Positions 47,640 through 50,171 of a stretch of 50,171 nucleotides of DNA are shown here, in pieces (position 1 is the stretch's first letter; every line of letters begins with the position of its first letter). The position numbers were made by a program, and so were the translations under genes. The DNA is from Vezdaea acicularis. Taxonomy: Eukaryota. The notes under the pieces are model-generated. The model had not been told where the DNA came from and searched no databases. It saw only the letters and a list, made by a program, of their open reading frames with translations. The DNA lies in NCBI GenBank assembly GCA_026025075.1, contig JAPEUI010000115.1, positions 1 through 50,171 on the forward strand, read 5' to 3'.

Positions 47640-49714
47640 ATGATGTCCGAACAACCCAGCACTCGAGTCGGTCCCAGCCGGCAGCGCGTGCAGTCCCAGG
47701 CATTGCAGCGCGCAATCCTCTCCCTCTCCGCGTGCGCGTGGCTGTATCAGGTTGTTACTACAGTCCCAGAACCGTATCTGGTACACTCCCTTCCCCTTTC
47801 CTCCCCATTCCGCACGCATGGAGTATACTGGGCAAAGTATAAAGGCTAACCGCGGTGGGTATGGGCGCAGGACGAAGTTTTTCATGTGCCGCAGGCGCAG
47901 GCGTATATTGCGCACCGATGGGAGGTGTGGGATTCGAAAATCACGACGCCGCCGGGGCTGTGAGTTTTGCTCTTCTCCCCCTTTACCTGCTTCCTCCGCT
48001 GTGTGGTACAAGTGGGCTGATCTGATGCCGGGGGGCAGATACTTGATACCGGTTCTTCTCAACGCGGTCTTTCCCTCGTTAGGCGTCCATCGTCTGCCAT
48101 GGCTGCGCGCGATGAACGCCCTTGCGATCATGATGTTGATCCCCTCCCAAGTCGCGCGGATCCGTACGCTTGTTCTCGCGCGTCGCCGACTCGAGCGGGG
48201 TAGGTATGAGAAGTTGGTTGGGAGGGAAGCAGTAGAGCGTGAGGGGGAGCTGGTGGAGGATGCGGGACAGGTGGCGCTGAACGTGGCGTTGTTCCCGCCA
48301 CTATTCTTCTTCGCGGCCCTATACTACACCGACGTCTGGTCCACGTTCTGGGTCTTGGCCGCGTATCGCTTCTGGCTGGAGCAGAGCCTGGTCAGGAGGT
48401 CAGAGCGCTTCTTCACGTCTCCGAAGGTGAGTAGGGCGTTGATGGTCGGGTGTGGATTGGTCTCGTTGGCGTTCCGCCAGACGAATGTTTTTTGGGTGGG
48501 CGTGTTTTTGGCGGGGTTGGAGGTCGTGAGGACCCTGAAGGATAGGGATGCGGAGTCGGGCGTTAGGGTTGATGCGAATTTGGGGTGGGAGGATGTGCTT
48601 GTTATGAGCTATAATCAGAGGAAGCTGTATGATGTCCCGGTTGGGGATGCTGCGCTCGAAGGTTCGTGGTTCATCCCGTCCTGCCCCTCTAAGAGCGTGC
48701 AGCTGACCGCGTGCAGATTATCTCAGGACTGCTCTTTCGCTCGTCGTTGGGGCTGTCACTAGCCTTTCGGACGTTATCCCGCGACTCTATCCCTATCTAG
48801 TAATACTTGCTTCGTTCGCAGCCTTTGTGGTCTGGAATGGCGGCGTCGTCCTTGGTAACCCCCCCCTTAACCCCCCTCTCTTGCCTTCACTAACCCATCC
48901 AGGCGACAAATCAAACCACATCGCCACAATCCACACCCCGCAACTGCTCTACCTCTCCGCCTTCCTCACTCTATTCTCCATCCCGCTCCTCCTCCGCCCC
49001 CTATCCGCCCTCCTCCCACAACCACTCCTCCCCACCTCCCTACGCAGTCCATTCACCTACCGCCGCCCACGCCCCCTAATCTTCCTAGCATGCACCACCA
49101 TAATCCTAGCCACGATCCACTTCAACACCCAAATCCACCCTTTCACCCTCGCCGACAACCGGCACTACACCTTCGCCATCTTTCGGCGTCTGATCCTCCC
49201 CCCTCTTCCGCGCTACCTCCTCTCACCCATCTACTTCCTCTGCAGCTACCTCGCTATCGAAGGCCTCGGCACCCCCTCCTTGTCCTCTCAACCAGTCAAA
49301 GCCCTCGCGTCGGCCACAAAAACGTCTACCACAACCGGCAAACCCGTCGAGGGCGTGGAGGTCCAGCGGAAAACCCCGTACCAGCCGCCGGCAGACAACA
49401 CCACCAGTTTCCTACTCATCTGGCTTGCGACGAGCGCTGCCCAGCTAGTCACGGCGCCGTTGGTGGAGCCGAGATACTTCATCCTGCCGTGGGTGCTGTG
49501 GCGCTTGAATGTGCCTGCTGCCAGGAGGAACGTAGAGGGGAAAGACGCGGCGACGGATGGGGAGGGGGCTTTCTGGGGATATTGGGCTAGGTGGAGTCTT
49601 TGGGTTGAGACGGCGTGGTTTTTGGGCTTTAATGCGGTGGCGGCTTGGTTGTTTCTGTATAGGCCGTTTAGGTGGGAGCAGGAGCCCGGGGTTTGGCAGA
49701 GGTTTATGTGGTAA
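47640..49714 (+). CDS. ALG10: Alpha-1,2-glucosyltransferase Alg10/Die2; introns 47781-47870, 47960-48039, 48662-48716, 48855-48902
   Basis: [78 protein letters not shown]. Confidence 0.95.
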
Positions 49715-50171
49715 TTGGGTCGTAGGGAAAGGGGACGTTGCTTTGGCGGGAGATTATTTAAAAGCACGTAGAGCACTCAAAAAGCGATACAAAACACTGA
49801 GATTCACGTGAACATACGCAGGAAGTTTAATTTTATACGGGGTAAAGCTTGAGGGGTTGACGGGCTTAAAGTGCTTGAAGCGCTCGAAGCACTCGAGACG
49901 CCCAAACATAGAGGAATTGGCCAGCTCAGACGAGAAGACCGAAAATTTACTTAGCCAGACATGAGCCTTTTACCTTTGCCTTTAAATTCATGGAACTACT
50001 GTAGCGCTGTAGACACAAATCTATGGAATCCTAAATCAAGTAACTGTCACGAACCTACCTTCCCGTGACTTAGCCTGCGACTCGACTGCGCTTGGCAAGC
50101 GCTAGGTATACGTCATGTGACCACCGTCATATAGGAAAGCGGGGAAGCACTGTAGAATAGCTCCTTAGTAT

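Noticed and set aside
49860..49900. Short imperfect 9-bp direct repeats (gaagcgctc/gaagcactc)
   Set aside because: Too short and degenerate; not CRISPR-like and not a clear heat-shock element
1..50171. Transposons, RIP relics, tRNA/rRNA, CRISPR arrays, secondary-metabolite clusters, stwintrons
   Set aside because: No transposase or RT motifs, terminal repeats, cloverleaf structures, spacer arrays, PKS/NRPS genes or nested splice signals seen by eye; small ncRNAs cannot be excluded without a covariance-model search

Overview
Gene-dense nuclear DNA from a filamentous ascomycete (Pezizomycotina), inferred from short GT-AG introns with CTRAC/CTAAT branch points and fungal-type proteins. I can support 23 protein-coding genes: a CrgA/LONRF-like RING-LON protein, a carbon-nitrogen hydrolase, eIF3L, TANGO2/NRDE, COA4, BPL1, a secreted Rds1-like ferritin, HRQ1, HGH1, a PTS1-bearing enoyl-CoA hydratase, FAA1, an Rkm5-like methyltransferase, an Ecm11-domain protein, an MFS transporter, VMA9, ARV1, UBC6, an ACOT13-like thioesterase, BUD13, an uncharacterised 211-aa protein, flbA, PSF2 and ALG10. 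VMA9 and the 211-aa protein are absent from the ORF track, and COA4 appears there only as fragments; I rebuilt all three by hand-splicing. I found no rRNA, tRNA, transposon or CRISPR array. The most interesting observations are: (i) the 211-aa protein has two acidic Atg8-interacting-type motifs, one at the extreme C-terminus (EDEGFELL); (ii) the COA4 stop codon is followed in frame by a 123-nt spacer with no stop or ATG that runs into TANGO2; (iii) two identical GTACGT donors 4 nt apart would switch the CrgA-like protein between CaaX and non-CaaX ends; (iv) strong C-rich to G-rich skew cycles occur only in the flanks of the window. Exon boundaries were read by eye and family assignments come from motif recognition, not database searches.
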